The position numbers and the translations under genes were made by a program. The notes beneath the pieces were generated by a model. It saw only the letters and a list, made by a program, of their open reading frames with translations, had not been told where the DNA came from and searched no databases. A DNA stretch of 64,000 nucleotides from a virus (taxonomy: Duplodnaviria; Caudoviricetes): IMG/VR virus record IMGVR_UViG_3300014203_000012, positions 119,920 through 183,919 of that record. One strand, written 5' to 3'. Of this stretch, positions 52,248 through 62,243 are shown in pieces. How positions within the stretch are numbered: position 1 is the stretch's first letter; each line of letters starts with the position of its first letter.

Positions 52248-53468
52248 ATGAAGCGAAAAAGTAATACTATTACTAAGAAAGAAGATATAGACTATTTTTG
52301 CTCTTTAGACCTGGAAACGCTAACTAGCTTATCTTTTATTATGGAACTCTTTGGCGAGTTTGGTAATAAACGTAGATTTAATCCGTATGATATAGTTACA
52401 ATTCCAGCAGATTCCTACGGTCCCGAAGGTAAACGTAATAAGAAACCTTTCACAACAACTGTAGGACTATGGATATTTAATAAAGCATTTATAGAGCCGG
52501 AGTTGTTTGATTTATTAGGATATATATCAGATCCAATAACAAAAAAAGTTGCAAGCAAGATAAATTCAAAAATCGGGTATGCTGTATTAGAAGATAAAAT
52601 TCCTTTAGAAGCGATGAAAAATTATATAATGACAACTCAAAAGTTCCAACCATATTCTAATATTCTTTGTCCTAGTTTTACAATGAATATGCTTCTCATA
52701 ACAGATAAGCTAGCTTCTAGAAAAAAAGCTCTTTTGGATAAATATAAAGTTCAGATATCTGCAGGTGACGAAAAAGTAGTATCTATTATAGAAAAGGATC
52801 TACTGGATTATTCTAAAGACTTATTAGATGATGACCCATCTATGGATCTTTATAAGTCTGGTGCTAAAGGGTCTTTTGGTAATAACTTTAAGAATCTATT
52901 TGTCATGCGCGGAGCAATTAAAGATCCAGATCCTACTAAAGGATACGATATTGTGACAGATAGTTATATTGATGGTATTAAGAAAGAAAACTATAGCGCT
53001 ATGGCTAAGTCACTATCCGCTGGTCCTTATGCTAGAGCAAAGAAAACTGCATATGGTGGTTATTGGGAGAAACTTTTCTTAAGAGCATTTCAACACATAG
53101 TTTTGTTACCAATCGGATCAGATTGCGAAACAAAGAGAACAATCAATGTAACAATAAGCGATAAAAATATTAGTATGCTTATGTATAACTATATACTAGA
53201 AGGAAGTAGATTAATAGAGCTAACTTCTGATAATACCGATCAGTATATGGGCAAAACTGTTAAGATGCGTTTCTCTTCTTTATGTGAAGATAAGAAAGGT
53301 ATCTGCAACAAATGTGCTGGCAACCTATTCTATAGATTAGGTATACAAAATGTCGGGGTAGCCACACCACAGCTTGCATCTAGGCTGAAGGTTATTTCAT
53401 TAAAGGCGTTCCATGATAGTCAAGTACAGTTACAAGAAATAGATGTGGCTAAAGCGTTTGGAATATAA
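52248..53468 (+). CDS. rpoC: RNA polymerase beta' C-terminal subunit (probably virion RNAP)
   Basis: SGAKGS..LFVMRG, KTAYGGYWEKLF (bridge helix), DCET, CEDKKGICNKCAG (Zn), SLKAFH (trigger loop); late-type promoter 52224-52235. Confidence 0.9.
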   Translation: MKRKSNTITKKEDIDYFCSLDLETLTSLSFIMELFGEFGNKRRFNPYDIVTIPADSYGPEGKRNKKPFTTTVGLWIFNKAFIEPELFDLLGYISDPITKKVASKINSKIGYAVLEDKIPLEAMKNYIMTTQKFQPYSNILCPSFTMNMLLITDKLASRKKALLDKYKVQISAGDEKVVSIIEKDLLDYSKDLLDDDPSMDLYKSGAKGSFGNNFKNLFVMRGAIKDPDPTKGYDIVTDSYIDGIKKENYSAMAKSLSAGPYARAKKTAYGGYWEKLFLRAFQHIVLLPIGSDCETKRTINVTISDKNISMLMYNYILEGSRLIELTSDNTDQYMGKTVKMRFSSLCEDKKGICNKCAGNLFYRLGIQNVGVATPQLASRLKVISLKAFHDSQVQLQEIDVAKAFGI

Positions 53469-53480
53469 TTTTAGGAGGGT

Positions 53481-53726
53481 TTGATCATGGTATTGACAGA
53501 TAAAGAAAAATTAGCGTTACTTGAAGTGGCATACGAGCCAGATGAAGGAGAAAATATCCATATAGTATTTGAGAAAGTGGGCTGGAGTGTACATCCTAGA
53601 ATTTTGGGTGTATTTACAGACGAACAACATTCTCAGGCAAATGTATTATCTAAAGTGGAATGCAGATCTATCATTACAATTAAAGCAAATACATTAATAG
53701 ATGGAGGGGTTAAATTTGAAGATTGA
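53481..53726 (+). CDS. Hypothetical protein
   Basis: AGGAGG RBS, 81 aa. Confidence 0.6.
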   Translation: MIMVLTDKEKLALLEVAYEPDEGENIHIVFEKVGWSVHPRILGVFTDEQHSQANVLSKVECRSIITIKANTLIDGGVKFED

Positions 53727-53925
53727 AATGGTAAGAGTCAACGATTCTGGACGTTTTAAACTTCCAGACGAATACGAAGCGAAATGTGCCAAAATCAATA
53801 GACTCTCTATTGATAATAATACCCTCCCTCCAAGTACATATGCATTGATCGGCCCTCGTAAAGCAGATATTACTATTCTCATTCCTAAAGAAACTGTAGT
53901 ATATGCTGATATTGACCAACTATAA
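53701..53925 (+). CDS. Hypothetical protein
   Basis: 74 aa ORF; true start probably TTG 53716 after GGAGGG; hairpin 53929-53961 follows. Confidence 0.55.
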   Translation: MEGLNLKIEMVRVNDSGRFKLPDEYEAKCAKINRLSIDNNTLPPSTYALIGPRKADITILIPKETVVYADIDQL

Positions 53926-54081
53926 TTAATATACCAGAGTAGGTAAACTACTCTGGTATATATTATTTTTTACATCATAATCAACCCTTTAATAACCTGG
54001 TTACTAACCAATTTATAGTTCAGGTATATATTATATAAGTGGTAAAGGGCATTTACTATTTTATGAGGAGGATTTGTATTT

Positions 54082-57000
54082 ATGAAACTAAACGTAAAAT
54101 TACAGTATCCGTTTAATGTAGACTACGAGTTTAGAACTAGATTAGAGCGAATCAATCTAGACAAAGAAATGGAAGCAGATATCGCTGCTAATAAAGGGTT
54201 CTTTATTAAAGAACCACAGGCTATTAATAAGACCTTGAAGAGTTCAGATTCTATTTATTCTGAACGCTTTATGAAAACGCTGCAAGACCCAGATGCATTT
54301 ACCGATAGGTATAGTTGCAAGGATCATTGCACAGAAGGAAGAGATAATAAGGGTATGACTTGCCCAATATGTCATACCGAAGTAAAATTTGTTGGTGATG
54401 ATTTTGAAATATTCGGGTGGATTAGAATTAAGGAGCCATATGCTATCATCCATCCAAACTTGTACAAATCTATTGCATATTTTATCGGCGTGGGAACTCT
54501 CGAAAATATTATCGAGCCAGAGATAGAATTGGATTATAATGGATTACCAGTAAGTGGATATGACAAAAGGGTTAATAAAAAGAAAGCAAAAAGAAGATAT
54601 AGCAAACGAACCGGTAAGATAGATGAAACATTTGCCGGTATTGGCATGATGGAATTCAGAGAAAGATTTGATGAGATCATGGATTACTTCTTGACTAAAA
54701 ATAAAGGTAACAAACGTGAGTATTATGATGATATCATGGCAAATCGTGATATTATATTCATGCACAACGTTCCGGTTTATTCCACTGGATTGAGACCATT
54801 CAAGACAGAAGGGAAAAGATTTACATTCGAAGGCACTAATGCCATATTTAATATCATGGCAAAGATTGCCGCTAAAATAAACAATGATGAGCTGAGCATC
54901 TATCGTAATAAAAAGTATAGAAATACTTTATTATGGGATATGCAAGAAAAGTATAATAAACTCTATGCGGAAATAGAGAATATTTGTTCAAACAAAAAGG
55001 GTTCTGTAAGAATGCTAGTTGGAGGTAGATGTAGTTTTACCTCTAGACTAGTTATCATTCCAGATCCTCTATTAAGAATGGATGAAATTAAGATATCATA
55101 TTATAGCTTAGTAGAATTATTACAGCAAACTATAATAAATATCTTAGCTAGTTCTTTTAACACATCATATGCTAAAGCATATATGATGTGGTGGCGTAGT
55201 CAGATCACACCTAGCCCACGAGTAAGAGAAATTATTGAAAATCTCATACAAGCTAGTGGTGGTATAAATGTATTAATTAATCGGAATTCAGTGGAGTTCC
55301 CCAACATGGCGACATGTTGTTAAGGCTACCTTTTGAATTGCTGGGAAGTGCTAAAGCTTAGAACAGCTACAACGTAATCTTAACGGATAAGCGTGAATGC
55401 CGTCGAAAGACAGAAAAAATGTTTTAAGATGTCCTACGCTGAGAAAAAGGCATACTGTAGAGTATGCCGCTAAGGGATATAAACAATGTGCAATCAGCAG
55501 CGAAGCTCGTTAAATACGAGAACGTTCAACGATCATCGAAAACGCGGTTATTTGTCTTGTACGATAACTGGAAGTGAGTAGAGTAGCCTCCAAGCGGAGT
55601 GCGAAGTGAAAGGCATCTTTCTGAGATGAAGATATGATCTGGTATCCTATTATAATGATAGGGAAGTTCATAAAGAGAACTGCACTGATTAGCGCCCAGT
55701 GTGAACGTACGCCAACAATAAACTATGGATCTATTATGGCTATGCGAATCGTAGGCATTAATGATGACTATACTATGAGTTTACCATTGCAAATATTAAC
55801 TCCATTTGCAGCTGACTTTGATTTGGCTGCTTAGCAGCCTAAGTCCCACTATATAGTAATATAGAGTGGTATCCTTTTTAATTGCTGGAAAGCGCTAGTG
55901 TTTCTAAAGCTACAACGTAGAGAGTGATCTCAAGCGTGAATGCCACCGAAAGGTAGAAAAAATTTAGAAGACGGAATATGGCGAAAGTCTAAGTTCCATC
56001 AGACGAAATGTGTTCCCAGCAGCGAAGTGTCAAAAAGATATAATGTATTGGCTTTGATAATGAAAGGGTGCGATATTAATGAATCAACAAGATATCGTTT
56101 ATGCAAATTATTATAGATCAAAGCTTACACAGATCGTCGCTAGAGCTGACGAGGTATTTCTTGATATAAATTTTCCTGATTGTATTGGTTATATGGTAAG
56201 CAATTATGGAAGAGTGTATAGTAAACCAAGCGATATAATGGTTACTCAATTTCAGAATAGAAATGGTTATATGGAGTGTAAAATATATGAGGTGAATAAA
56301 CTTATACACCGATTAGTATTTCAAACATTCCACCCTATTCCAAATCCAGAAGATTATGACGTTAACCACATAGATACATGTAAACAAAATAATCTTGATT
56401 GGAATTTAGAATGGATGACTAGATCTGAAAATTGTATACACGCTTTTAATAATGGGTTATCTAAGCAAGGAGAGCTCCACCCAAATTCTAAATATAGCAA
56501 CGAGCAAATTCATACAATATGCAAATGTTTAGAAGATGGTATGGGGTATATGGGCCTGTGTGCATTCTTAGGGATAGAATACAATCATAATACCTGCACA
56601 CTTTTACATAAAATAAAATCAGGACGTAGTTGGAAACAAATATCAAGTCAATACAAAATAAGATCTTTTTGATGAACGTTCAACGACTATCGAAAACGCG
56701 GTTATTCGTCTTGTACGATAACTGGAAGTGAGTAGAGTAGCGCCAAGTGGTGGGGAAACCCTTAAAGCGAAACGGAAGGCATCCTTAACGGGATGGTGAT
56801 ATAGTCTACTATCCAACTGTAATTGTTGGGAAGTTCATAAGAGAACTGCACAGATTAACGACCTGTGTGAATGTAAGGGGTGATTGTCTGAATATCCTGT
56901 ACATACCGAATAAGGCTTTCTGGGAATCTGCAATATTCTGCTTCAATCCTAGAAACTCAATGTTGATTTCTAAGAACGATGGCAGATTTAATAATCAAGT

Positions 57001-57118
57001 TAACGTGTTTAAAGATATCATAATCAATGCTAACGGTATAATCAATCTTGCAAGAGATAATTATACTAAAGAGCAACTGGATAGGATAGAAGCTATCAAA
57101 GCTAAATACTCAGTATAA
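54082..57118 (+). CDS. rpoC: RNA polymerase beta' N-terminal/catalytic subunit (probably non-virion RNAP), spliced: 54082-55287, 55712-55822, 56879-57118 (518 aa)
   Basis: Zn finger C..C..CPIC, NKKGSVR..VGGRCSFTSRLVI; joining exons restores NRN|PTINYGS and AADFD|GDCLN; early motif 54025-54042. Confidence 0.92.
55288..55711 (+). mobile_element. Group I intron 1 (424 nt, no ORF)
   Basis: Exon ends in U paired to G in P1 (GGAAU|UC with GAGUUCC); AAUUGCUGGGAA, CAGCAG, GUUCAACGAUCAU / AUAUGAUCU core; ends in G. Confidence 0.9.
55823..56878 (+). mobile_element. Group I intron 2 (1056 nt) with homing endonuclease
   Basis: P1 GAU|UU with AAGUC gives U-G at splice site; AAUUGCUGGAAA, CAGCAG, GUUCAACGACUAU / AUAUAGUCU; ends in G; splits DFD|GD. 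Confidence 0.92.
56079..56672 (+). CDS. Intron-encoded NUMOD4/HNH homing endonuclease
   Basis: YMVSNYGRVYS, LIHRLVFQTF, VNHIDTCKQNNLDWNLEWMTRSENCIHA; C-terminal HTH-like. Confidence 0.9.
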   Translation: MNQQDIVYANYYRSKLTQIVARADEVFLDINFPDCIGYMVSNYGRVYSKPSDIMVTQFQNRNGYMECKIYEVNKLIHRLVFQTFHPIPNPEDYDVNHIDTCKQNNLDWNLEWMTRSENCIHAFNNGLSKQGELHPNSKYSNEQIHTICKCLEDGMGYMGLCAFLGIEYNHNTCTLLHKIKSGRSWKQISSQYKIRSF

Positions 57119-57178
57119 ATATATAATAAGAACGGCATATGCCGTTCTTATTTATTTAAATTTAAGGGGTGAGTTATA

Positions 57179-57535
57179 TTGAAAGATGATTACCGTAAAA
57201 GAGCGGCGATTTATGGAAATCCGCCACGTATTGGAGAAAATATTACTATTAGGAATACTATCAGTGGAAATCTTCAAATATTACGAGCCACTACACAAAT
57301 AAAAGATCCGTTTATCAAAAATCTGTGGCATATTGGATTTACAAGTTCAAATCCAGCCGAAAATACATTTGATATAGGTGATAGTATAAACGGGTGCTTA
57401 ATCAAATCATATAGAAAAATAATATGCTCGTCTTCAAAACCTAGTAGGAACGAGTATATTACTGTGGAAAATAGCAATGATGATATTATTGGAAGGATAG
57501 TAACTAGTATGTGTGTAGCAAAGGGTGAGTTATAA
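57179..57535 (+). CDS. Hypothetical protein, tandem paralog 1
   Basis: PPRIGENITIRN..G...WHIGFTSSNPAEN. Confidence 0.65.
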   Translation: MKDDYRKRAAIYGNPPRIGENITIRNTISGNLQILRATTQIKDPFIKNLWHIGFTSSNPAENTFDIGDSINGCLIKSYRKIICSSSKPSRNEYITVENSNDDIIGRIVTSMCVAKGEL

Positions 57536-57861
57536 TGCAAATTGAAGATGGAGTCTCTATAAACGAGACTCCTCCCCTTATTGGGGAGCATGTATTTATT
57601 AAAAATGGTAGCGGTAAAATTGAAAAGGTAAGAGTGGCTATGCATCTAAAAAATAAGGTGTATGAAAATGTTACTCATGTATTCTTTGCTAGTCTAAACC
57701 AAGATGACAATATCTATAAAGAAAATGGAGTGCCGTTTTGTGTAATGCAAACGTATGGTAGAATTAAAAGCACTCTGGCTATGAAAGATGAATTCTTATT
57801 TAAAAGAATATTACGTACTACTGATAAAAAGCATATTGCACTATTATGGACTAAGGAGTGA
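57535..57861 (+). CDS. Hypothetical protein, tandem paralog 2
   Basis: PPLIGEHVFIKNGSG...THVFFASLNQDDN. Confidence 0.7.
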   Translation: MQIEDGVSINETPPLIGEHVFIKNGSGKIEKVRVAMHLKNKVYENVTHVFFASLNQDDNIYKENGVPFCVMQTYGRIKSTLAMKDEFLFKRILRTTDKKHIALLWTKE

Positions 57862-57867
57862 TTTATA

Positions 57868-58104
57868 ATGTTAGTTGCTGATATTAAAAGTCTCCCTGCT
57901 ATTGGGGAAAGAGTTATTATGGAGAATAGTGTCCATGGAGAAATGGAAGATTTAAAAGTAGTTGGGCACTTACCGGACGATGAATTACTTAACACTGTTC
58001 ATGTATTCTTCGCTAGCGATGATCCTGCAGATAATGTTAATATCGAAAATGGAATAGCTTACTATTCTATTAGAACATATATGCCTGTACCTGAAGGGGT
58101 ATAG
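57868..58104 (+). CDS. Hypothetical protein, tandem paralog 3
   Basis: LPAIGERVIMENSVHG...VHVFFASDDPADN. Confidence 0.7.
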   Translation: MLVADIKSLPAIGERVIMENSVHGEMEDLKVVGHLPDDELLNTVHVFFASDDPADNVNIENGIAYYSIRTYMPVPEGV

Positions 58105-58154
58105 GCGCATTATATATGATATGGATAATATTTTAAAGTGGAGGGGAATAAATA

Positions 58155-58631
58155 ATGACGTGTGAAAGTAAACGTGGAGATAAACGGGAAGGTGCAGGAA
58201 GGAAATCAACTGGTCTGGGAAGGGAAGTTTATTACGTTACACCAGAAGAGGGTATTAAGTTACGTGAACTTCTCGATGAACTTCGTAAATCCGCTCAAAT
58301 AGATAGTCCGCCTCCGACGACTACTATTATATTTAATGCGCTTAATGTCTTAATTGAAAACGAAGATATAATATCTATGTACGTCGAAGGGTATAATGTG
58401 CTAGAAATAAAAGAAAAGTTAATGCTACCCAATCTTGAAAGTATTACTAAGCTTCTTAAAGAAAACGGATATACTATACCTAGATCGGCTATAAGGTATT
58501 TAACCAAAAAACAAAAAGATAGAATAGTAGAAATGTTTATAAATGAATATAGCTGGCGTAAAATTGGAATGGAATCAGGTTTATCTAGAAGCACTATAAA
58601 TAAATTACTAAGTGATAAAGGTCTTTTATAA
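58155..58631 (+). CDS. DNA-binding protein (REGAGRK motif plus HTH domains)
   Basis: RGDKREGAGRKS; SWRKIGMESGLSRSTINKLL. Confidence 0.7.
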   Translation: MTCESKRGDKREGAGRKSTGLGREVYYVTPEEGIKLRELLDELRKSAQIDSPPPTTTIIFNALNVLIENEDIISMYVEGYNVLEIKEKLMLPNLESITKLLKENGYTIPRSAIRYLTKKQKDRIVEMFINEYSWRKIGMESGLSRSTINKLLSDKGLL

Positions 58632-58665
58632 AAACTAGTATTTTAAAGTGGAGGGGTAATAAATA

Positions 58666-59178
58666 ATGATAGATGGTATTAGAGATATTAATGGTAAACT
58701 AATCTATGAAAATATTAAGCTAGAGCCTAATATGGTAGAATGGAAAAATAGAGCATCTATGGATGAGGTCCTTAATGAATATGGATTTGATGCGCTTAAA
58801 GCATTAGGCTTGGTAAATATTGATGATCCGCAAATAATATACACGTTGTTAAGTGGTATAGGCGAACATATACTAGCGCCAGTACATCTCTTAACTGGTC
58901 TGATAATTAGAACGAGTAATGCGTTTTATGTATTAAAATCTTTAGAAAAAATAATATCGGTTAATGATATATTATACAATCCTAGATGGGAATTTATCAA
59001 TAAGCGGGTATTCCAATGCGGTATTCATCGCACAGGACCATTCACCCCACCAAAAATTGATAAAGAGTTTTACGAAGGTAAATATTTTATTATCGATATC
59101 TCTAGGTTTATTATTAGAAAAGAAAGTAATGCTGATAGTGGATATATGGTTTTATCTAAAGGTATGATGCAAAGTTAA
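58666..59178 (+). CDS. Hypothetical protein
   Basis: 170 aa, GGAGGGG RBS. Confidence 0.65.
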   Translation: MIDGIRDINGKLIYENIKLEPNMVEWKNRASMDEVLNEYGFDALKALGLVNIDDPQIIYTLLSGIGEHILAPVHLLTGLIIRTSNAFYVLKSLEKIISVNDILYNPRWEFINKRVFQCGIHRTGPFTPPKIDKEFYEGKYFIIDISRFIIRKESNADSGYMVLSKGMMQS

Positions 59179-59201
59179 GAATATAAAGGGGGAGAATTTA
59201 A

Positions 59202-59366
59202 ATGAATACTCAAAAAAATAATAAGAAATATCCAACTGTAAAACAAAAGGATATGATTGTAGAAAAGTATAACACTGGATCTAGTTTAAGTAAATTAGAA
59301 ACGGAATTTGGATTTCCTCAAGATGTTATACGTAGAGTAATTGTCATTCGTGGTCTAGAAAAATAG
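59202..59366 (+). CDS. Small HTH protein (54 aa, not in ORF track)
   Basis: GGGGGAG RBS; TVKQKDMIVEKYNTGSSLSKLETEFGFPQDVIRRVI, similar to C-terminus of 58155 gene. Confidence 0.65.
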   Translation: MNTQKNNKKYPTVKQKDMIVEKYNTGSSLSKLETEFGFPQDVIRRVIVIRGLEK

Positions 59367-59429
59367 AAGAAATAAACCTTTACCCAAACATACGGGTAAA
59401 GGTTTATTTTTTATAAGAGGGGTGATTAT

Positions 59430-60743
59430 ATGCGTAAAGAAGACAGACCACTAATTTATATGCCTATTGAAAAGCCGATAGAATGTATACGGGAATTCAA
59501 TAAAGCGTTAAATGTTAGTTTATGCGTTCCTTCAGTTTCTAATTCATACTCTATGTGTGTAGAGTATATAACTGGGTGGATTGAATCTAAATTCCAATCA
59601 GATTATTTTAAAAGTACTCATATCGAAGGTATGAATATACTATCTGATTTTAGATCACATGATAAAAATGAGTTGGTTAAACGTTTAAAACCAGCTCTTT
59701 CTATCGTACCGCAAATAGATAATGAGTTTGATAGAGAGCATTTAGATCTATATAATTATGGGACTAATCTTCTCTATAATAAATGTAGTTATAAAGATGC
59801 GTTCTTTAAAGATCTAGGAAAGAAAAACTTTATATCTATAGCAATGGAAGTCTTACAAATGAACTTTAGTATTAGAATTAAAGTATCATCTAAAGCTCAT
59901 GCATTAGATCTTGCTAAGTTTATTCAAATGGCTTTCAGATCTAATGGGACGCAAGGAAAGTATGTGGATATGGATTTTCATATTCCTACAGAATTAATGA
60001 TGAAAGTTGCAATAGATAGCGGATTTGAAATAAGTAATAACGAAGTTACTGATATGCCTGGATTCTTGTATTATCTTAATAGACACTCTCAGTTGCCATT
60101 CATGTATAAACTGAGATCTATAAAGGGTAAGTATGAATACTTTATTAAAATGAGCGAGATGTATATTCATACTAGAACTAATAATGTTTCAGTAGATGAT
60201 GGAGAGCGCGAAGGTCAATTGATAAATAACTTTATTGTTGATTTTGATTGCGTTGTAAGATTTCCAGTTCCTAAGTTCTATGCATATTATTCATTAGAAC
60301 AGCATGAGCTAATAAGAGGACAAAAGATGGATGGAACATACACAGTTTACGACCTTTGTATGACTAATATTCCTCAAGTTAATTCTAAAGGTTGGAATCA
60401 ATATATGACAACCGAATATTTAGATGATGACGCTAACTATAAAGCCAAGACTCCAGTAGAAATTAGTCTGGAAGATCTATTCAGTGGAACAGGAAAAGGG
60501 CGGCTAAAGGAGATTGCTGATTACACTAAGTCACTATACCTGTCTCCATCAGTATTTATCGAAATAAAGCTTTTCAATGACACTAAAGAGGTTGAAACGG
60601 AGATAGACTGGACTAACTATACATTAAAATCTAAGATCGCTATGGTTAATATTAAGTCATTTATAGTTATTTACACAGATCTGGGGTATATAAACGAACA
60701 GCAAATAGCTATAAACAAATACAAGGATTCTAGAATTAAATAA
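59430..60743 (+). CDS. Probable virion structural protein (tail completion/neck-like)
   Basis: 437 aa, AACA-N6-TA at 59387-59398; KPALSIVP and beta-rich pattern; function inferred. Confidence 0.45.
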   Translation: MRKEDRPLIYMPIEKPIECIREFNKALNVSLCVPSVSNSYSMCVEYITGWIESKFQSDYFKSTHIEGMNILSDFRSHDKNELVKRLKPALSIVPQIDNEFDREHLDLYNYGTNLLYNKCSYKDAFFKDLGKKNFISIAMEVLQMNFSIRIKVSSKAHALDLAKFIQMAFRSNGTQGKYVDMDFHIPTELMMKVAIDSGFEISNNEVTDMPGFLYYLNRHSQLPFMYKLRSIKGKYEYFIKMSEMYIHTRTNNVSVDDGEREGQLINNFIVDFDCVVRFPVPKFYAYYSLEQHELIRGQKMDGTYTVYDLCMTNIPQVNSKGWNQYMTTEYLDDDANYKAKTPVEISLEDLFSGTGKGRLKEIADYTKSLYLSPSVFIEIKLFNDTKEVETEIDWTNYTLKSKIAMVNIKSFIVIYTDLGYINEQQIAINKYKDSRIK

Positions 60744-60759
60744 GATAAAGGATAATATT

Positions 60760-61047
60760 ATGAATAAAACAGAATATCTACTATCATGCCTAATTGAAGA
60801 AAGTTCTGAGGTAATAAAAGCCACAACTAAATCTTTACGTTTTGGGTTGAATGGGACTTATTGTGGCAGCGCAACAAACGCACAAGATATAGAAAAAGAA
60901 TATCATGAACTAGTCGCAATAATTGAGATGTTGGAGGCTCACGGAATAATCACCCTATCTAATCGTAATATCCAAATAAGAGAGAAGAAAGAAAAATTAC
61001 TTTTATATATGGAGCACTCTAAAAATCTCGGTACGTTAATTGAATAA
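60760..61047 (+). CDS. MazG-like NTP pyrophosphohydrolase
   Basis: LIEESSEVIKA...IEKEYHEL (ExxE...ExxD/E). Confidence 0.6.
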   Translation: MNKTEYLLSCLIEESSEVIKATTKSLRFGLNGTYCGSATNAQDIEKEYHELVAIIEMLEAHGIITLSNRNIQIREKKEKLLLYMEHSKNLGTLIE

Positions 61048-61090
61048 ATTATACACCCCTATACTATTTCTAGTATAGGGGTGTATAATT
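61047..61090. terminator. Bidirectional terminator downstream of RCC1 gene
   Basis: AATTATACACCCCTATACTA-TTTC-TAGTATAGGGGTGTATAATT 20-bp perfect stem. Confidence 0.85.
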
Positions 61091-61097
61091 TGTCTTT

Positions 61098-62243
61098 TTA
61101 TATTTTGCCATATGTAGATTTAGTAACAGTCTTGAACATTACAAATCTTTTTATTAGGATGACTAATAAAATATTACTATCCCATAATAAAGTTACGTTA
61201 CTTAAATTAGGTATTAACGTAGGAGTAGTGCGAGTTGTTACATCACCTAAACCTAATTGACCATTATCATTAATACCAAATCCTTTTACTGTACCATCGT
61301 TTAGGAGAACTAAAGAATGACTATATCCGTCAGATATTTGTTTTACATTAGTTAGACTGGGTATTAACGTAGGTGTAGTAATTGGCGTTGTAGTATTACC
61401 TAACCCTAATCGACCATCGCCATTATAACCAAATGCTTTTACTGTACCACCGTTTAGTAAAACTAAAGAACGAATATTACCACATGATATTTGTTTTACA
61501 TTAGTTAGACTGGGTATTAATGTAGGTGTAGTAATTGACGTTGTAGTATTACCTAATCCTAATTGACCATAGCCATTATACCCAAATGCTTTTACTGTAC
61601 CACCGTTTAGTAATACTAATGAATAATTTTGTCCACCTGATATTTGGGTTACGTTAGTTAGACTAGGTATTAACGTAGGAGTGGTATATGGAGAAGTAGT
61701 ATTACCTAAACCTAATTGTCCATTATTATTATACCCAAATGCTTTTACTGTACCATCATTTAGTAAAACTAAAGAATGACTACTACCACATGCTATTTGG
61801 TTTACATTACTTAAACTAGATATCAGTGTAGGGCTGTGTTGATCTGTAGTATTTCCTAAACCTAATTGACCAATATTATTACCAAATCCATATACAGTAC
61901 CATCGTTTAGTAAAACTAATGAATGATTACTACCACATGATATTTGCTTTACGTTAGTTAGACTAGGTATTACTATAGGACTAGTATATGGAGTAGTATT
62001 ACCTAAACCTAATTGACCACTAGTATTATAACCAAATGCTTTTACTGTACCATCGTTTAGTAAAACTAAAGAATGACCATTACCACATGCTATTTGTTTT
62101 ACGTTACTTAGACCAGGTATTAATGTAGGAGTAGTAATTGGAGTAGTTGTATTACCTAAGCCTAATTGCCCACTAGTATTATCGCCAAATGCTTTTACTG
62201 TACCATCGTTTAGTAAAGCTAAAGAATGCATATTTTGTCCCAT
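61098..62243 (-). CDS. RCC1/BLIP-II-type repeat protein, 7 repeats (beta-propeller)
   Basis: Seven near-identical repeats; ATG 62243 after GAGGTG; AACA-N6-TA at 62271-62282. Confidence 0.9.
   Translation of the reverse strand: MGQNMHSLALLNDGTVKAFGDNTSGQLGLGNTTTPITTPTLIPGLSNVKQIACGNGHSLVLLNDGTVKAFGYNTSGQLGLGNTTPYTSPIVIPSLTNVKQISCGSNHSLVLLNDGTVYGFGNNIGQLGLGNTTDQHSPTLISSLSNVNQIACGSSHSLVLLNDGTVKAFGYNNNGQLGLGNTTSPYTTPTLIPSLTNVTQISGGQNYSLVLLNGGTVKAFGYNGYGQLGLGNTTTSITTPTLIPSLTNVKQISCGNIRSLVLLNGGTVKAFGYNGDGRLGLGNTTTPITTPTLIPSLTNVKQISDGYSHSLVLLNDGTVKGFGINDNGQLGLGDVTTRTTPTLIPNLSNVTLLWDSNILLVILIKRFVMFKTVTKSTYGKI

Noticed and set aside
55634-55834. Independent 66-aa gene (and 83-aa gene at 56867)
   Set aside because: These are exons 2 and 3 of the intron-split beta' gene read with intron-derived starts
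55321-55834. Stop-codon reassignment to explain the broken beta' gene
   Set aside because: Group I intron cores and exact splice junctions explain it; other genes use the standard code with TAA/TAG/TGA stops
58964-59167. 67-aa overlapping plus-strand ORF
   Set aside because: Nested in the 58666 gene in another frame, no RBS
61098-62243. Diversity-generating retroelement acting on RCC1 loops (many variable codons are NNY; some A-to-G changes)
   Set aside because: No reverse transcriptase or non-coding template repeat in the window; Q/E/L codons occur at variable sites; third-position T is expected from AT bias. Worth rechecking genome-wide
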